Shown: positions 35,747 through 48,600, numbered from the stretch's first letter. The stretch: DNA of 64,000 bases from Corallochytrium limacisporum Hawaii (GCA_002811645.1 PDIP01000029.1:1-64000); one strand, 5' to 3'. The notes: generated by a model from the letters alone, not told the origin. Program-made: numbers and translations.

Positions 35747-36373
35747 ATGGAAAGTGACACACCAGAAGCAACTCGGAAACTGTGGCGTGTCCGGAAGACT
35801 GTCTTGCAGCTGTGCTATGATCGTGGATATCTGGTCAGTCAGGCTGAGATGGACATGTCCTTGGACGAATTTGTTGTCAAATATGGTGAGACTCCGACAC
35901 GTAGTGATCTCCTCCTGTACCTGGCCCACAAAAATGACCCCAGTGACACCATGATGGTGTTTTTCCCAGAAGAAGAGAAGCTTGGTGTGAAGACTGCTGA
36001 GTCTTACCGAACTCGCATGGAGGAGCGTCAGTGCCGCCGGGCTCTGGTCATTGTGCGCGAGGGTCTAACATCTCAGGCAGCTCAAGAACTCAAGAAGGGA
36101 TCTGAAGACGGTTACATCATTGAGTCCTTCAAGGAGGATGAGTTGCGGGTGAACATTACGGAGCACGAATTGGTCCCAAAGCACATCATTCTGAGTGATG
36201 AAGAGAAAAAAGCTCTATTCGAGCGGTACAAAGTATCCGAGGCTCAGCTACCTCGCATCCTTAGCATTGACCCCGTCGCTCGCTATTACGGACTGAAGCG
36301 CGGTCAGATCGTCAAAATCATCCGCACTAGTGTGACGGCTGGTCGGTATGTGACCTACCGTCTTGTGATCTAA
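35747..36373 (+). CDS. RPB5: DNA-directed RNA polymerases I/II/III shared subunit RPABC1
   Basis: LWRVRKTVLQLCYDRGYLV, VFFPEEEKLGVK, VNITEHELVPKH, QLPRILSIDPVARYYGLKRGQIVKIIRTS.TAGRYVTYRLV. Confidence 0.98.
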   Translation: MESDTPEATRKLWRVRKTVLQLCYDRGYLVSQAEMDMSLDEFVVKYGETPTRSDLLLYLAHKNDPSDTMMVFFPEEEKLGVKTAESYRTRMEERQCRRALVIVREGLTSQAAQELKKGSEDGYIIESFKEDELRVNITEHELVPKHIILSDEEKKALFERYKVSEAQLPRILSIDPVARYYGLKRGQIVKIIRTSVTAGRYVTYRLVI

Positions 36374-36464
36374 ATCTTGGAAATCGAGTTTTAAAATTTG
36401 TAATAGATACATGGTACTTAACATGGGTAGGTTGTTGTCAATTTATACTCTGGCGCTCCACCAC

Positions 36465-39371
36465 CTACTTGCTCTGTGAGAAAGCGACATTGTACACGTC
36501 CTGATACGTCTTGGCAAAGTAAACATCGATATCCTTGCGGATGAAGTCCAAGAGCTCATCGTAATCCTTGCGGTTCTCTTCTGGCATGATGATGCGCTTG
36601 ACACCCTCACGCTTGGCCGCAATAATTTTCTCCTTGATGCCTCCGACTGGAAGCACCTTGCCAGTAAGTGAGATCTCCCCGGTCATGGCAATGTCCGGAT
36701 CAACTTCCTTATCCGTCGCCAGGGACACCATTGATGTGACCATGGTCACTCCCGCGCTCGGTCCGTCCTTCGGGGTCGCTCCGGCGGGGACGTGCAAGTG
36801 CAAGGACGCGTTGTCGAAGAAGTGGTTCTTTGCAAAGTTCTCAGCCACGAAGCGCTTGGCATAGCTGTAAGCCAATGACGAGCTCTCCTTCATAACGTCA
36901 CCGAGCTGACCGGTAACGATGAGTCCGGCGCGACCACTGTTACCATCCTCGTCCTTCTTGTCATCAGAGGCGGGGAATTCGACCTCGTCCTCGCCGGCCT
37001 TTGGCCTCGGCTTGAAACCCGACGTGATCTGCGTTTCGATATACAAGGTAGCACCACCCATTGGGGTCCATGCCAATCCCATGACCACACCGGGCGGGGT
37101 GACGTCGTACAGGCGGTCACTAGTGAATACGGGTGGTCCAACATAGTCCCGCAAGTGTTCCTTATTCACCACAATCTTGTCCTTCTCTCCTGTCACAATC
37201 TTGTAGGCAATCTTGCGGAAGACCTTTTCAATGTGCTTCTGCAGATTACGCACACCACTCTCGCGGCAATAGCGTCCGATGAGGGTGGTGAGGGCATCCT
37301 CAGTGATATCGTAGCTACCAGTCTCAACTCCAGAATGTTTCTCGGCCTGGGGGATGAGGTATTGCTGAGCAATAGCAATCTTCTCTTCCAGCACATAGCC
37401 ACTGAGGTTCACAACCTCCATGCGATCGTACAGAGGTCCGGGAATGGTATCCTTGCTGTTCGCTGTGGTGATGAACAGAACCTTGGACATATCAACGGGT
37501 ACATCCATGTAGTGGTCCAAAAAGCCGCTGTTCTGCTCCGGGTCGAGTAATTCCAGCAAGGCAGAGGCGGGATCACCCTGGTAGCCACGGCCGAGCTTGT
37601 CGATCTCATCAATGAGGATCAGCGGGTTCTCGGTCTTGGTCTTTTTCAGGGCCTGGATAGGCTTTCCGGGCATGGCCCCAACGTACGTGCGGCGATGACC
37701 TTTGATCTCAGCCACATCCGTCATTCCACCGACAGAGAACCGGTAGAAGGAGCGGTCGAGTGCACGGGCAATGCTGTGCGCAATTGATGTCTTGCCCACA
37801 CCTGGGGGTCCGATGAAGGTCAGAATCTTACCCTGAGTTGTACCCTTGAGCTGAGCGACGGCGATGAACTCAAGAATACGCTCCTTGATGTCCTTGAGAC
37901 CGTAGTGATCCTCGTCTAGGATCTCCTGAGCCCGCTTCACGTTCAGATTCTCTTCCGAATAGATTCCCCAGGGCATGGTAGTCAACCAGTCGAGGTAGTT
38001 GCGAGTTACGCTGAACTCACTGGAGTGCGTTTCGAGGTGCTGCAACTTGTTCATTTCTTCCTCAATGGTCTGACTCACGGCCTCCGGAGGGTGCAGTTCT
38101 TTGAGCCGAGTCCTGAATTTTTCTACCAGCGTTTCCTTGTCATCTTTCTCGATGCCCAGTTCGTGCTTGATCTTTTTCAATTGTTCCATAAGCAGATAAC
38201 GCCTCTGCTGCTTAGTGACCTTCTCTTCGACATCCCGACTGATCTTCTCCTGCAGCTTGGTAGCCACGAGCTCCTTCTTTAAAAGGACTAGGACCTTGTT
38301 GAGGCGCTCGTTGATGTCCATTTCCTCCAGGGCATCCTGTAGTTCCTGCGAATCTGCAGAAGTCATAGCAGCAGCAAAATCACTGAGGACTGCTGGATCT
38401 GCCACATCAAGATTAGCTTGATGAATCGTGAAGCTGTCCCGGAACATCGGCGACTTTCGCAGCAGATCTTTCAGGGTGGTCACCACAGCCTGACTTGTGG
38501 CCCGGGTCACATCATCCGACATGTCGTAGGGCTTTGGCAGCAAGTTCTTGACCTTAGCCTTACGTGGATCCGTTCCCTCGATAAAGTCCTCAATCTCTAT
38601 CCGGCGGTGTGCCTGCAGCAGCACGTTGATGGCACCATTCTCGCTGGATCCCGTGATCCGTGTTACACTCACAAAGCAGCCGACATCGTACACGTTCGGA
38701 TGGACACTTGACTTATCGACCGTTGATTCGCCCTCGAATGTTTCATTCTCAACTCCGGATGCCTCGCTCGAGGCTTTGGCTGCATCCTGCAGGATGTCCT
38801 CTGCCGTCGGCTCCGAATCCTTTTTTAGGAACGCGCCAGCATACGGCGTGCCGCGCTCCACCATTACCTTGAGTGCTTCGGCGAGCTTGTCGTCAGTGAT
38901 GGTGACCTGCTTGAGGAAATTCGGAAACAGGGGGCTGCGATCCACAGGGATCACAAGGACCTCCGGGTACACTTTCGGTACCTCCATCACAGCCACCGCG
39001 TTGGGCGTCTGATTTCCATTGCCCATGCCCGGCGGTGACTCCATGGCAGACTCTACATCACTGGAAGAGCCAGCATTTCCACCCGTGCTGTCGCCGCCAT
39101 CCTTGCCATCATTGTCGTTGGTACTCATCCACCGTCTGGTTATGGGACTCAAGGACGAGGACTTGGACTGAAGGACGGCAACCTCGGCACCGTTGTGCTT
39201 CAGGGCCCATGTGCAGACAGGACCTTGCCGAGACAACGCTGCTGCAGGACGGGGAGCTAAAGCAGAGGTCGTAACAAGCCCACGGGTTGGATGCTGAGCC
39301 AAGAGCCGGCTGAACCCACCGGTTCGTGACACAGGGGGGCGCATCACAGCTGCTCTTACACCAGTAAACAT
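36465..39371 (-). CDS. LONP1: Mitochondrial Lon protease
   Basis: Arg/Ser-rich presequence, Walker A GPPGVGKTS, Walker B ILIDEIDK, GDPASALLELLDPEQN, catalytic PKDGPSAG and GGIKEK. Confidence 0.98.
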   Translation of the reverse strand: MFTGVRAAVMRPPVSRTGGFSRLLAQHPTRGLVTTSALAPRPAAALSRQGPVCTWALKHNGAEVAVLQSKSSSLSPITRRWMSTNDNDGKDGGDSTGGNAGSSSDVESAMESPPGMGNGNQTPNAVAVMEVPKVYPEVLVIPVDRSPLFPNFLKQVTITDDKLAEALKVMVERGTPYAGAFLKKDSEPTAEDILQDAAKASSEASGVENETFEGESTVDKSSVHPNVYDVGCFVSVTRITGSSENGAINVLLQAHRRIEIEDFIEGTDPRKAKVKNLLPKPYDMSDDVTRATSQAVVTTLKDLLRKSPMFRDSFTIHQANLDVADPAVLSDFAAAMTSADSQELQDALEEMDINERLNKVLVLLKKELVATKLQEKISRDVEEKVTKQQRRYLLMEQLKKIKHELGIEKDDKETLVEKFRTRLKELHPPEAVSQTIEEEMNKLQHLETHSSEFSVTRNYLDWLTTMPWGIYSEENLNVKRAQEILDEDHYGLKDIKERILEFIAVAQLKGTTQGKILTFIGPPGVGKTSIAHSIARALDRSFYRFSVGGMTDVAEIKGHRRTYVGAMPGKPIQALKKTKTENPLILIDEIDKLGRGYQGDPASALLELLDPEQNSGFLDHYMDVPVDMSKVLFITTANSKDTIPGPLYDRMEVVNLSGYVLEEKIAIAQQYLIPQAEKHSGVETGSYDITEDALTTLIGRYCRESGVRNLQKHIEKVFRKIAYKIVTGEKDKIVVNKEHLRDYVGPPVFTSDRLYDVTPPGVVMGLAWTPMGGATLYIETQITSGFKPRPKAGEDEVEFPASDDKKDEDGNSGRAGLIVTGQLGDVMKESSSLAYSYAKRFVAENFAKNHFFDNASLHLHVPAGATPKDGPSAGVTMVTSMVSLATDKEVDPDIAMTGEISLTGKVLPVGGIKEKIIAAKREGVKRIIMPEENRKDYDELLDFIRKDIDVYFAKTYQDVYNVAFSQSK

Positions 39372-41564
39372 CCTTCTGTTCTCTCCTACGTTCTTTGCTT
39401 GCTTTTCTTTACCTAGATTACACTAAATCACTATTCAATTTTCTCTTCCTCGCCGTGCGGTTCATTACCACATACTTACAATTGCGGCCTTTCAACCCGA
39501 GCGCAAGTGCTGCCTGATTTCCTCTTCTGTCAACCTGTGTTCTGCAAGCTGGGAAGGCAGCAGCCGAGTTGGTCCAAGTACCCTTTGTGACCAATGGTGA
39601 CGTGTGCAAGACTCGAATGCTCAGATAGCTGTTTCTGGTGAACGTGGCTCTATCATCAGTTCCAGTCATTTCATGTTTCCATTTGTGTCAGGCCATTTGG
39701 TCTCTGTCTCGAGGTGCTCTGTCGTTGATGGTCGTGGCGGTTCCCCGTGGGTGTTGTCGGAACATTGGTTTCACTCCACACAGTGTCCCACTCTTATTGG
39801 CGTGCCCATGGCCCGTCGGTCAACAGACACCAGTCCCGGTCGGTCACTGTGTGTGCTAAGACCCCCGGTTTTCCCGAACGAAGTTTCGGGCCCACCACAG
39901 CTGGAAGGCCCGCCCCTCCCCTTCTTTCTGTCTCCCCTCCCCAAACCCATCATTTGACTCCCCACCGCACGCAGCTGCCAAGGCCATCCCCCTTTCAACC
40001 GGCAACTAATCCAGAACAATGGGGAACACACACATACCCCCACTCTCAGAAGGAGCAGAGGTTAGAGAACCAATAGCTCATTTCAGATCGAGATTTTGTA
40101 TATAAAATGTATGATGAATTTGTGTAACGTCAGTGGTGTGATCGATAACCACCGTTTTTTTTCTTTATTGGACTGTTGATCTTCATGTGACGTCACCTGG
40201 ACTGTTGTTTCTATATTGAACGTACTGCAACATTGCCCAGAATTCTGGAAACTTTTGTAATTCAGCTTTGGTGCGCTCTCTTCTCGCCTGTGCTGGAAAC
40301 TTTCTTTGTATTTCTTCGCGGCGGGACCGCGTAATCTTTCTTGGGGACTGGGCGGCGGCGCACTTGGAGCGGCTCGCATTGTGGGCGCCTCCCCCCCCCC
40401 CTGCACTTTTGTAAAGGCCCTCGGTCCGCTGTTCTGTGGAATTTAATATACGTTTATATGGTTCTAAACTGTGTCTACCTTCGCGGCTTTTTATATATTT
40501 AATACACTTTATTGTGATATTTTATATACTGCTATCCTTAAATTGGGTCTCGCTGTTCCGGAACGTAGCGGCGCCCATTGTACCAAAAGGTACCCAAGCT
40601 GCCAAGGGCCCCCCCCCCCAACACAGCACGGGGTGTATCATCCCAGCCAGAAGCCGGAGGAGCGGTGGCACAGAAGCGCGGTGGCACAGCGAGAGCAGAA
40701 CGGGCACCGAATCGTTCGGACGAGAGGGACCGACGAACGTTCGGAAGCACCCAGGCACAGAGTGAGTGAGCCACCAACCAACGCAGAGGAAAAAGGCACG
40801 GAGAAAACAAAAGAAAAGAACGATCAGAGAGGGGGAGAAAGGGAAGAAGGGGTTGCGTTCCCCCGTGTGTTGTTCTTGTCTCGAACCCAGTGTTATCGGT
40901 TCCGGTTTCTCCGCGGACTCGGTACTGGAGACACGGCCTCCCTTTTGGCGGCAAACACGGGACGGTTTCTGCACGGGGAGGCCACGGTCGAAGGTCACAT
41001 TAGTACCAAGGAAAGAATGGAGCAGATAGGGACGGTGGAGAAAAAAAAAAAGGAAAGGGGCAAGGGAAAACGGAAGAAGAATTGATACAGATGGCGCACT
41101 AGGGGGAAAGTGAAAAGGTGGGGGGGGGCCAAGAAGCCACAACACTGGTTCGCGTTTGCAGGCCCCAATGGAACCGAAAAGCCTTCGCAACAAACGGGCG
41201 TCATGTAAAGCCGCGATGATAAAGTCCTACGGTACCGGTTTCCTCACCTGTTGTATATGTTGCCCTATGCTGCATTCGCTTTGTGTTCCTAGAACATCGA
41301 ATGAGTCTAGTACATAAGCACTAGACGCGTCTATGTTGTGTTTATTGTTTTATGGGTTGTCGGGGACAGGTATTTGGAAACTGTTGATTAATCTGGCCTT
41401 GACATTCCACGAACATGCACTTACATGTCATGGATGCATCGGACGGGTACCGGTGCTGCACTTAGCTTGTATTTCTGACCGGGAAATTTTGGTTCTGGGA
41501 AGAAAGCATCCCACTTAGCCGTACGTTAGTATCTAGTTTATATTGTAGCATAGCATCCCAAACC

Positions 41565-44500
41565 ATGGTCGGCGTAACGTCGGCAGGAGGCCTACTGGCA
41601 CTTCTTGACGAGCCCGATCCCAAGATGCAGTCTTTCGCACTGCAGAAGTTGGAAGGCATGGTTTCTATGTTCTGGGCTGAAATCAGTGACGCGGTCACCA
41701 AGATCGAGGCTCTGTATGAGGATGATACTTTTATGGACCGCCAACTGGCAGCCCTGATTGCTAGTCAGGTCTACTACCACCTTGGTGAATACGAGTTGGC
41801 TTTAGAGTATGCGCTGGCTTCTGGGGAAAAGTTTAGCGTATTTGCCGACTCTACAGCGGGCAGTGAGTATGTGGACACCGTGGTCCGACAGGGTGTAGAT
41901 AAGTATGTGGACTACCGCCAGAAGGCCGACAGTTCGTCCACACACACAGACGAAGAAAAGGCTGCCCTGTCCAAGGAGATGGGTGCTGGTGTGGTCAAGG
42001 ACTTGCCAGAAATGCTGGAAAAGGTTGTGAACCAGATAGTCGAAAACCACATGAACAAGAAAAAATACGCACAGGCCATTGGAGTGGCAATAGAAAGCCG
42101 TAGAATCGACCTACTCGGAAAGATCTTGGAGGTTGCCAAGGAGAAGGGTGACCTGAAGAAAGCCCAGGACTACCTCTTGTCTGTTGCAAGTGACACCATT
42201 GACAACCGTGACTTTAGGCGCCGATGCTTGTCCTTGCTGGTGGAATCGTACACCTCTGTGGCAAATCCGGACTACCTGGCAATGTGCCACTGCTTGATCA
42301 GTATTGACGACCCGGGGCACCTTAGCACAGTCATTGGGGACCTTATTGCAGACAATGACTCTGCGGATAAGATTTTGATGGCGTACCAGATGGCTGCAGA
42401 CGTGTATGAAAATGCCAGCCAATCCTTTGTGGCAACCGTGCAGAGCCTCCTGCCGGAGCGCAAGAAGCTGCCTAAGGAGAAGAAGCCCAAGGCGGAAAAG
42501 AAGCCGACTCCCGCTGAAAGTGAGAAGAAGGAAGGTGAGAACAAGGAAGGTGAAGAGGAGCAGAAAGTTGTCGAGTACACCACTGGCAGTGCTACTGATG
42601 ACGAATTCCAGGTCCGTGTCAACAAGCTGCACGCCATCCTCACCGGTGAGGTTATGATTTCTCTGCAGCTAGAATTCCTTTACCGGGCCAATAACACCGA
42701 CATGCTCATCCTGAAGAACACAAAGTCGGCAACGCCGCGGAATCCTATTTGTTTTACGGCGGTCGTGCTGAGCCATGCCTTTATGCAGGCAGGCACCGCC
42801 AACGACGCATTCTTGCGTGATAACTTGGAGTGGCTGGGCCGCGCGACGAACTGGACCAAGTTCATTGCAGCCTCTACCCTTGGTGTGATCCATCGTGGCA
42901 ACATTGGTCAGTCCATGTCCCTCCTGGAGCCTTACCTGCCAAAGGGCGGCGTCAGCTCCTCTCCATACTCCGAGGGTGGTGGTCTGATGGCTCTAGGTCT
43001 CATCCATGCCAACATGGGCAGCGGAGTCACTCAGTACCTGATGAACCAGCTACAGGCCTCAAACTCAGAGGTTGTACAACATGGTGCCTGCTTTGGCCTT
43101 GGTGTTGCCTCTCTAGGATCCGGAGACCGTGATCACTACGACGAACTTGTGAAGTGTCTGTACACCGACAGTGCCGTTGCTGGTGAGGCTGCCGGTATCG
43201 CCATGGGTCTGGTAATGCTTGGATCATGTGCATCGGATGTGCTAGATACCATGTTGCAGTACGCACATGACACCCAGCACGAGAAGATCATCCGAGGCCT
43301 GGCCATTGGTATGTCCCTGATCTGCTACGGCTGTGAAGAAGAAGCGGACGAGATCATCGCGAAGCTCCTGGCTGACAAGGATGCCATTCTCCGTATGGCC
43401 GGTGTGTATTCCATCAGCATGGCCTACCAGGGCACTGGACACAACGAATCCATCCGCAACCTGCTGCACGTGGCTGTGAGCGACGTCAATGACGATGTCC
43501 GTCGCGCAGCTGTGACTGGACTGGGTTTCATTCTTAGCAAGACTCCCGAGGCTGTTCCGCCGCTGGTCACCCTGCTGTCGGAATCCTACAATGCTCACGT
43601 GCGCTATGGATCCGCACTGGCCCTAGGCATTGCGTGCGCTGGTACAGGAAATCGGGATGCCATCAACCTGTTGGAGCCCCTGGCCAACGATGCCGTGGAC
43701 TACGTCCGCCAGGGTGCTTTAATTGCTCTGGCTATGGTCTGCATTCAGTGCCCGGAGACGCAGTTCCCAAAGGCCAAGCAGGTGCGCTCTCAGATTGAGA
43801 AAGCCATCTCTGACAAACATGAAGATGTCATGGTCAAGTTTGGTGCCATCATGGCGCAGGGCATCCTTGATGCCGGCGGTCGCAATGTCACCCTGACTCT
43901 GCACTCTCGGAGTGGCCAGAGCAGCATGCCCGGTGTCATTGGTCTGCACCTTTTCACTCAGTTCTGGTTCTGGTACCCCATCGCCAACTTCCTTTCACTG
44001 GCATTTACCCCCACAACTCTGATTGCCATCAATCACGAACTGAAGATGCCCAAACTGCAGCTCAAGTGCAACACGCGGCCTTCTCTGTTTGCCTACCCTC
44101 CAAAGACCCAGCCTCCAAAGGAGCAGAAGAAAGATAAGGTCACTCGAGCTGTGTTGTCCACCTTCTGGCGCACCCAGGCCGCCAAGGACCGCAAATCTGG
44201 AGCGACTGGGCCGGAGGGGGACGACAAGGCCAAGAAGGACGGTGAAAAGAAGGATGGTGACAAGAAGGACGCGATGGACACTGACGAGAAAAAGGAAGGC
44301 GAGGCCAGCGAGGAGAAGCCCAAGAAAGAGCCTGAGCCCACTTCATTCGAGCTCGAAAATCCTTCCCGTGTGCTGGCCACCCAATTGAAGCATGTGAAGT
44401 GGACCGATGACCGCTACGTGCCCCTGAAGGCTCTCGACTCTCTGGGCGGTGTCCTCATTCTCAAGAAGAAGGACCCCGACATGCAAGAAGAACTGGTCGA

Positions 44501-44603
44501 ACTCACGGCACCGAAGCCTGATGAGGCCAACCTGCCCGAGGAGGAGGACGAACCTGACCCACCGCAGCCATTCACCTATGATTCCGATGCGGAGAATGCG
44601 TAG
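41565..44603 (+). CDS. PSMD1: 26S proteasome non-ATPase regulatory subunit 1 (Rpn2)
   Basis: TSAGGLLALLDE, FLRDNLEWLGRATNWTKF, PC repeats, LLHVAVSDVNDDVRRAAV, GILDAGGRNVT, acidic C-terminal EPDPPQPF. Confidence 0.98.
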   Translation: MVGVTSAGGLLALLDEPDPKMQSFALQKLEGMVSMFWAEISDAVTKIEALYEDDTFMDRQLAALIASQVYYHLGEYELALEYALASGEKFSVFADSTAGSEYVDTVVRQGVDKYVDYRQKADSSSTHTDEEKAALSKEMGAGVVKDLPEMLEKVVNQIVENHMNKKKYAQAIGVAIESRRIDLLGKILEVAKEKGDLKKAQDYLLSVASDTIDNRDFRRRCLSLLVESYTSVANPDYLAMCHCLISIDDPGHLSTVIGDLIADNDSADKILMAYQMAADVYENASQSFVATVQSLLPERKKLPKEKKPKAEKKPTPAESEKKEGENKEGEEEQKVVEYTTGSATDDEFQVRVNKLHAILTGEVMISLQLEFLYRANNTDMLILKNTKSATPRNPICFTAVVLSHAFMQAGTANDAFLRDNLEWLGRATNWTKFIAASTLGVIHRGNIGQSMSLLEPYLPKGGVSSSPYSEGGGLMALGLIHANMGSGVTQYLMNQLQASNSEVVQHGACFGLGVASLGSGDRDHYDELVKCLYTDSAVAGEAAGIAMGLVMLGSCASDVLDTMLQYAHDTQHEKIIRGLAIGMSLICYGCEEEADEIIAKLLADKDAILRMAGVYSISMAYQGTGHNESIRNLLHVAVSDVNDDVRRAAVTGLGFILSKTPEAVPPLVTLLSESYNAHVRYGSALALGIACAGTGNRDAINLLEPLANDAVDYVRQGALIALAMVCIQCPETQFPKAKQVRSQIEKAISDKHEDVMVKFGAIMAQGILDAGGRNVTLTLHSRSGQSSMPGVIGLHLFTQFWFWYPIANFLSLAFTPTTLIAINHELKMPKLQLKCNTRPSLFAYPPKTQPPKEQKKDKVTRAVLSTFWRTQAAKDRKSGATGPEGDDKAKKDGEKKDGDKKDAMDTDEKKEGEASEEKPKKEPEPTSFELENPSRVLATQLKHVKWTDDRYVPLKALDSLGGVLILKKKDPDMQEELVELTAPKPDEANLPEEEDEPDPPQPFTYDSDAENA

Positions 44604-45699
44604 ATCCCCGTGACGTGATTCTCCATTCGGTTCTGAGTCCGTGCCCACCTGCGTCATGCCCCTTCAGATTGTGCTCCTTCGCAAGGCAACACAGGACTCA
44701 ACAGAGAGCAAGATGATGTGCGCGCGTGCGCGCGCTTGCTGTTTATCACTCACCTATGTCATCATATTTGTGAGCATTGCTCAAAAAAGAAAAGTTGAAC
44801 AGATTAAAAAACGGATTTCGAAATACATCCACTGTTTCGTAAGGTGGTCAGTTTATGACCCGGTCTTTTCACTTGCAGATTCCCAGGAAAAGGCTTGGTC
44901 TAGTGCGGCTCCTGATACATGGCATCCAGAGAAGATCCCTCGGTAATCCTTTTTCTATTGCGAGCGAAGGTCTCAGACGAGCCATCCAAGATGCCAGCTT
45001 GACCACGGCGCACATACAGAACGGCAAGTGGGAAGCGGCGCGTGACTTGGGCTTTCTGGCACGAAGGAGAAGACCCCCCCTTCGCACACACCACCCCGCG
45101 CTTCTCTACGTGTCATTCCATGCCAATTATGAGCAGTGTAGTGCCGTCATGATTACACTCCGCGTTCGTTGTGTCGAGGTCACCAGTTTTCTGTTTTTCG
45201 TAAAAGTGCATAACATGCATCTGTCATGGTCATTCTGCATTGATTATGAAGTCAACGGTTCATGGCCAAAACGATGATAAAGGGATTATCCGTGGAGATC
45301 TCCGATCTTCGGTGGGTCTGCCTACATGTCCACTGTCCGAGGCGAATGCCCGGTCAGTGCAGGCTAATGGATATTCTGTCGTGTACGTAAGAGATACCGC
45401 ACGCCTGTCGAACCCGTATGCCGACTATGCTTGCCTTCACCGGGTGCTGGTGGCGCCGCCGCTTTGAAACTCCCACTGAGCATGCTGCTGGTGATTGTTG
45501 CTGATGACCAGATGCCGCGACTTGCGGTCTCAGCTCCTCGCCTTCCCAACCGGCTTGCCTGCATGCCAAAACGAGCCGCGCGTCTACCCCTATTGGAAGG
45601 GGCGACGAAAGGCGGGAATAGTGAAAGTACTACCGGTTTTCCTACAGCCAGACGTGCGTGCACCGGTCCCAGGGATGGGGTTATCCCGTTATGCGCTTG

Positions 45700-48600
45700 A
45701 AGAAAAAAGAGAAGTAAAAGGGCCTGCTCAAAGAAAATAGGCCCCGGTCACCCAGCCGTGGAAAAAGGGGGGGGAGAGCGGCTCCCTTGGCACGGTCCCG
45801 ACCCGTGATTTTCGACACTGGATCACTATGGATATCACTTGCGCGCGAGACCTATTCTATGGGCGTTGGGGTCAGTATAATTATCATTAAAATTCGACAA
45901 AGGCAATGAATATTAACATTGTGGACATGTGTTACCGACGTTTTCATGCACCCATCAAACCGCGCTCTACTCTGGACATCCCGCGCCCCCCCCGTGCCTT
46001 TCTTCGCATTTCTATACTGAATGTATGCAATAGGAGCGCTTGGTCACGAGCACCTCATACCATCAGTCGGGGGAAAGGGACTCACAGAGAGAGAGAGAGA
46101 TGGCCGTGGTTGTGGAAAGGGGGGAAGGGGTTGGTTGTACCGAGGAGATTTGCTCTCTTAAAAAAAAAAATCGCCCGTACTTTTCACCACACAAAACACA
46201 CGGCCGGCAAAGACTCGCGGCAAAAAAAAAAGAGGGGAGGGGAGGGGAACACGGCACACACGAGCCAAGCAGCAGCGATGATGGGTTGTGGTGTGTATAA
46301 ATATTTTTTATTCACTGAGTGCGAACTGTACCGATGACATTTTACGAAAGAGAAGAATGGGGGATAAAAATTATGAAGCAAATAGGTCATCGCTTTTTAT
46401 TACAATTGAAGAGCCAAAAGAGTTGCGGAGAGAGGGGGTGGAGAGAAGGGAAGAGAGATGCAAATTCCCACTCTGTTTGTATGGGGTCCTTGCTGTCGAA
46501 GGCTACTTGTGTGTGTTGAGTAGGATACTTTTACTCTTGCAAGTAACACAGAAGAAAAAATTTGCCCGTTCTCATTGCCAGGTCCATGCGGGCGAGTTGT
46601 TGTTGTGGTTCTGCCTTCCCATTTTCCCCCTTCTGTTTAGTACTAGAACGTGACTTGTAAATACCGAAAAGATTCTCCCTCGCCATTCTTGCGGTTTGTC
46701 AGGAGGGGCCCTGCCCTTCGATCAGGACCAAATATATATAAAGTACACGGAGCGGTTGGTCATTGCTTGCTGGTGCTTAAGGAACGGGAACACGGCCATC
46801 CAGTACTCAGTGAGTGTTTGCATGAAGCCGGGTGAGAGCAGGACGACTACCGGGGAAAGAAAGAAAGAAAGGGAGAGAGAGAGAGAGAAAGATGAGGCAC
46901 AGAGAGACACAGAGAGGGAGAGAGAGAGAAAGTGAGAGAGGTTAAAGAACAAAAAAAAAGGCAAACGTAAGCAACAAATCTTGTACCGGCCACACGAGCG
47001 AGCGGGCAGTGAGTCCAGGACATCTTGCCTGGCCTCATGTACCGGGATGCCGGGGGCAAACCCCAAGAACACCTCCCTCCCCCCCCCCAATTCGGCAGGG
47101 GTGACCCGGGCTGGGGCAAAGGCCGTTTCACCAAGTATAGGCTTTGGGCCCAGTGTGGTTGCATGTAGCTCACACGACCTCCAACAAACTGGGAGGACCA
47201 ACAATCGAACTGAAAGATCTTTCTTCTCACTCTACAGCAATACTTTCTGTACTGTTTCTGCGGTGTGTAGCGTGGCGTTTCTGCAAATTTTTCCCGTTCT
47301 CCCCGGTCTTGCTTCCATTTTCGTACTACGAATTGATGTGGTACTTTCAGTATGGAATTAGCCGAGGTGGTTTCGCAGGGTTGCGACTCATTCTCGACTG
47401 GCTGCGATTGTTCCGGTTTCGGAGCCCTCAATGTCTGAACGAGTGCAATTCATCGATCGTTAGCATCACGAAGTATGGGTCCATGCATCATCTAAACTCC
47501 ATAAATTCAGTACTGCCGTTACCTACCGGAGCGTATTCCCCGTGACCACTACCATTAATCCCCGGCCAAATACTTAAATCGATCGATGAGGGCAAGCGCA
47601 GGAGACGTTGCTCCCTCGCGGATGGCTGGTCACCTGCAACCTGCCCGGGCGTGATGCGAGGTTCCGCAAAATGAACGGAGATGCTGCATCGCGATAACTT
47701 CCTTTCGCTATTTGGTTCAGCTTCATTACCCAACGCCGGCTTACCGGACCAGGCATATGAGCGTATGAGGAGGGTGGCGTGACGGGAAAAAAAGAAGGGG
47801 AAGCTGAATTCTTTTTCTTTTAATTTTGATTTTGCGGTGCTCACTCCGAACTCTTTTTCGTTGGTGGCTTTTCTCCACTTTTTCTTTTGGTGCCCAGTCT
47901 TAGCTTCTCTCTCAGGCGGGAAGGAGAGGACTGGCGAGAGAGAGTGAGTGAGTGAGTGAGAGAGAGAGAGAGAGAGAGAGCCTTCCGACTCTACACACAC
48001 ACACTCTCTCTCTCTCTCTCTCGCTCTCTCTCTCTGCCACTCCTCCTCACTTGTGGGCTCATATAAGGTACCGACATAAATGTTGGGCCACAATTTTTTT
48101 TCATTGATAGCCGATGTATACTGAGGAAATCGGATAAACTAAACAACTAGCCAAGCACACATACCGACACCGACAGAGAGAGACACACACACAGAGAGAA
48201 AGAGAGAAAATAAGTGCGTAAGAAGATCTATGGACCTGGAACCGATCAGCGGTAGTAAGCAAGGTCCAGGCGGGTGGGTGGGTGCATAAGAAGAATATGC
48301 GCGGTAGGGAGAGAAGTGAGAGAAATTTTGGGGAGAGGGGAAGGGTGAGTCACAGAGCGGGGCAAATGACGGACCTGGGAGCAAGAAACCTACGACGTAC
48401 GTTAGCCGTAGGTACGTACGCTTTAGATGTATCAGGGGCAGTGTGTTTTGGGTACTGAAGACAGGCAGAGTCTTCTGTTCAAATGAAATATATATATATA
48501 TATCTAAGGAGCCCCGGCAAAAAGACTCTGGGCGTGCGCTACTCTCAGCACAGCCGGGCAGAGAGAAAATTCAAGGACCTGTCACACGCACTCCAATCTC

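Noticed and set aside
40436-41204. 200+-aa ORFs between Lon and RPN2, and similar ORFs in 33.3-34.1 kb and 45.9-50.2 kb
   Set aside because: Derived from purine/pyrimidine-skewed simple sequence; translations are low-complexity with no domain signal.
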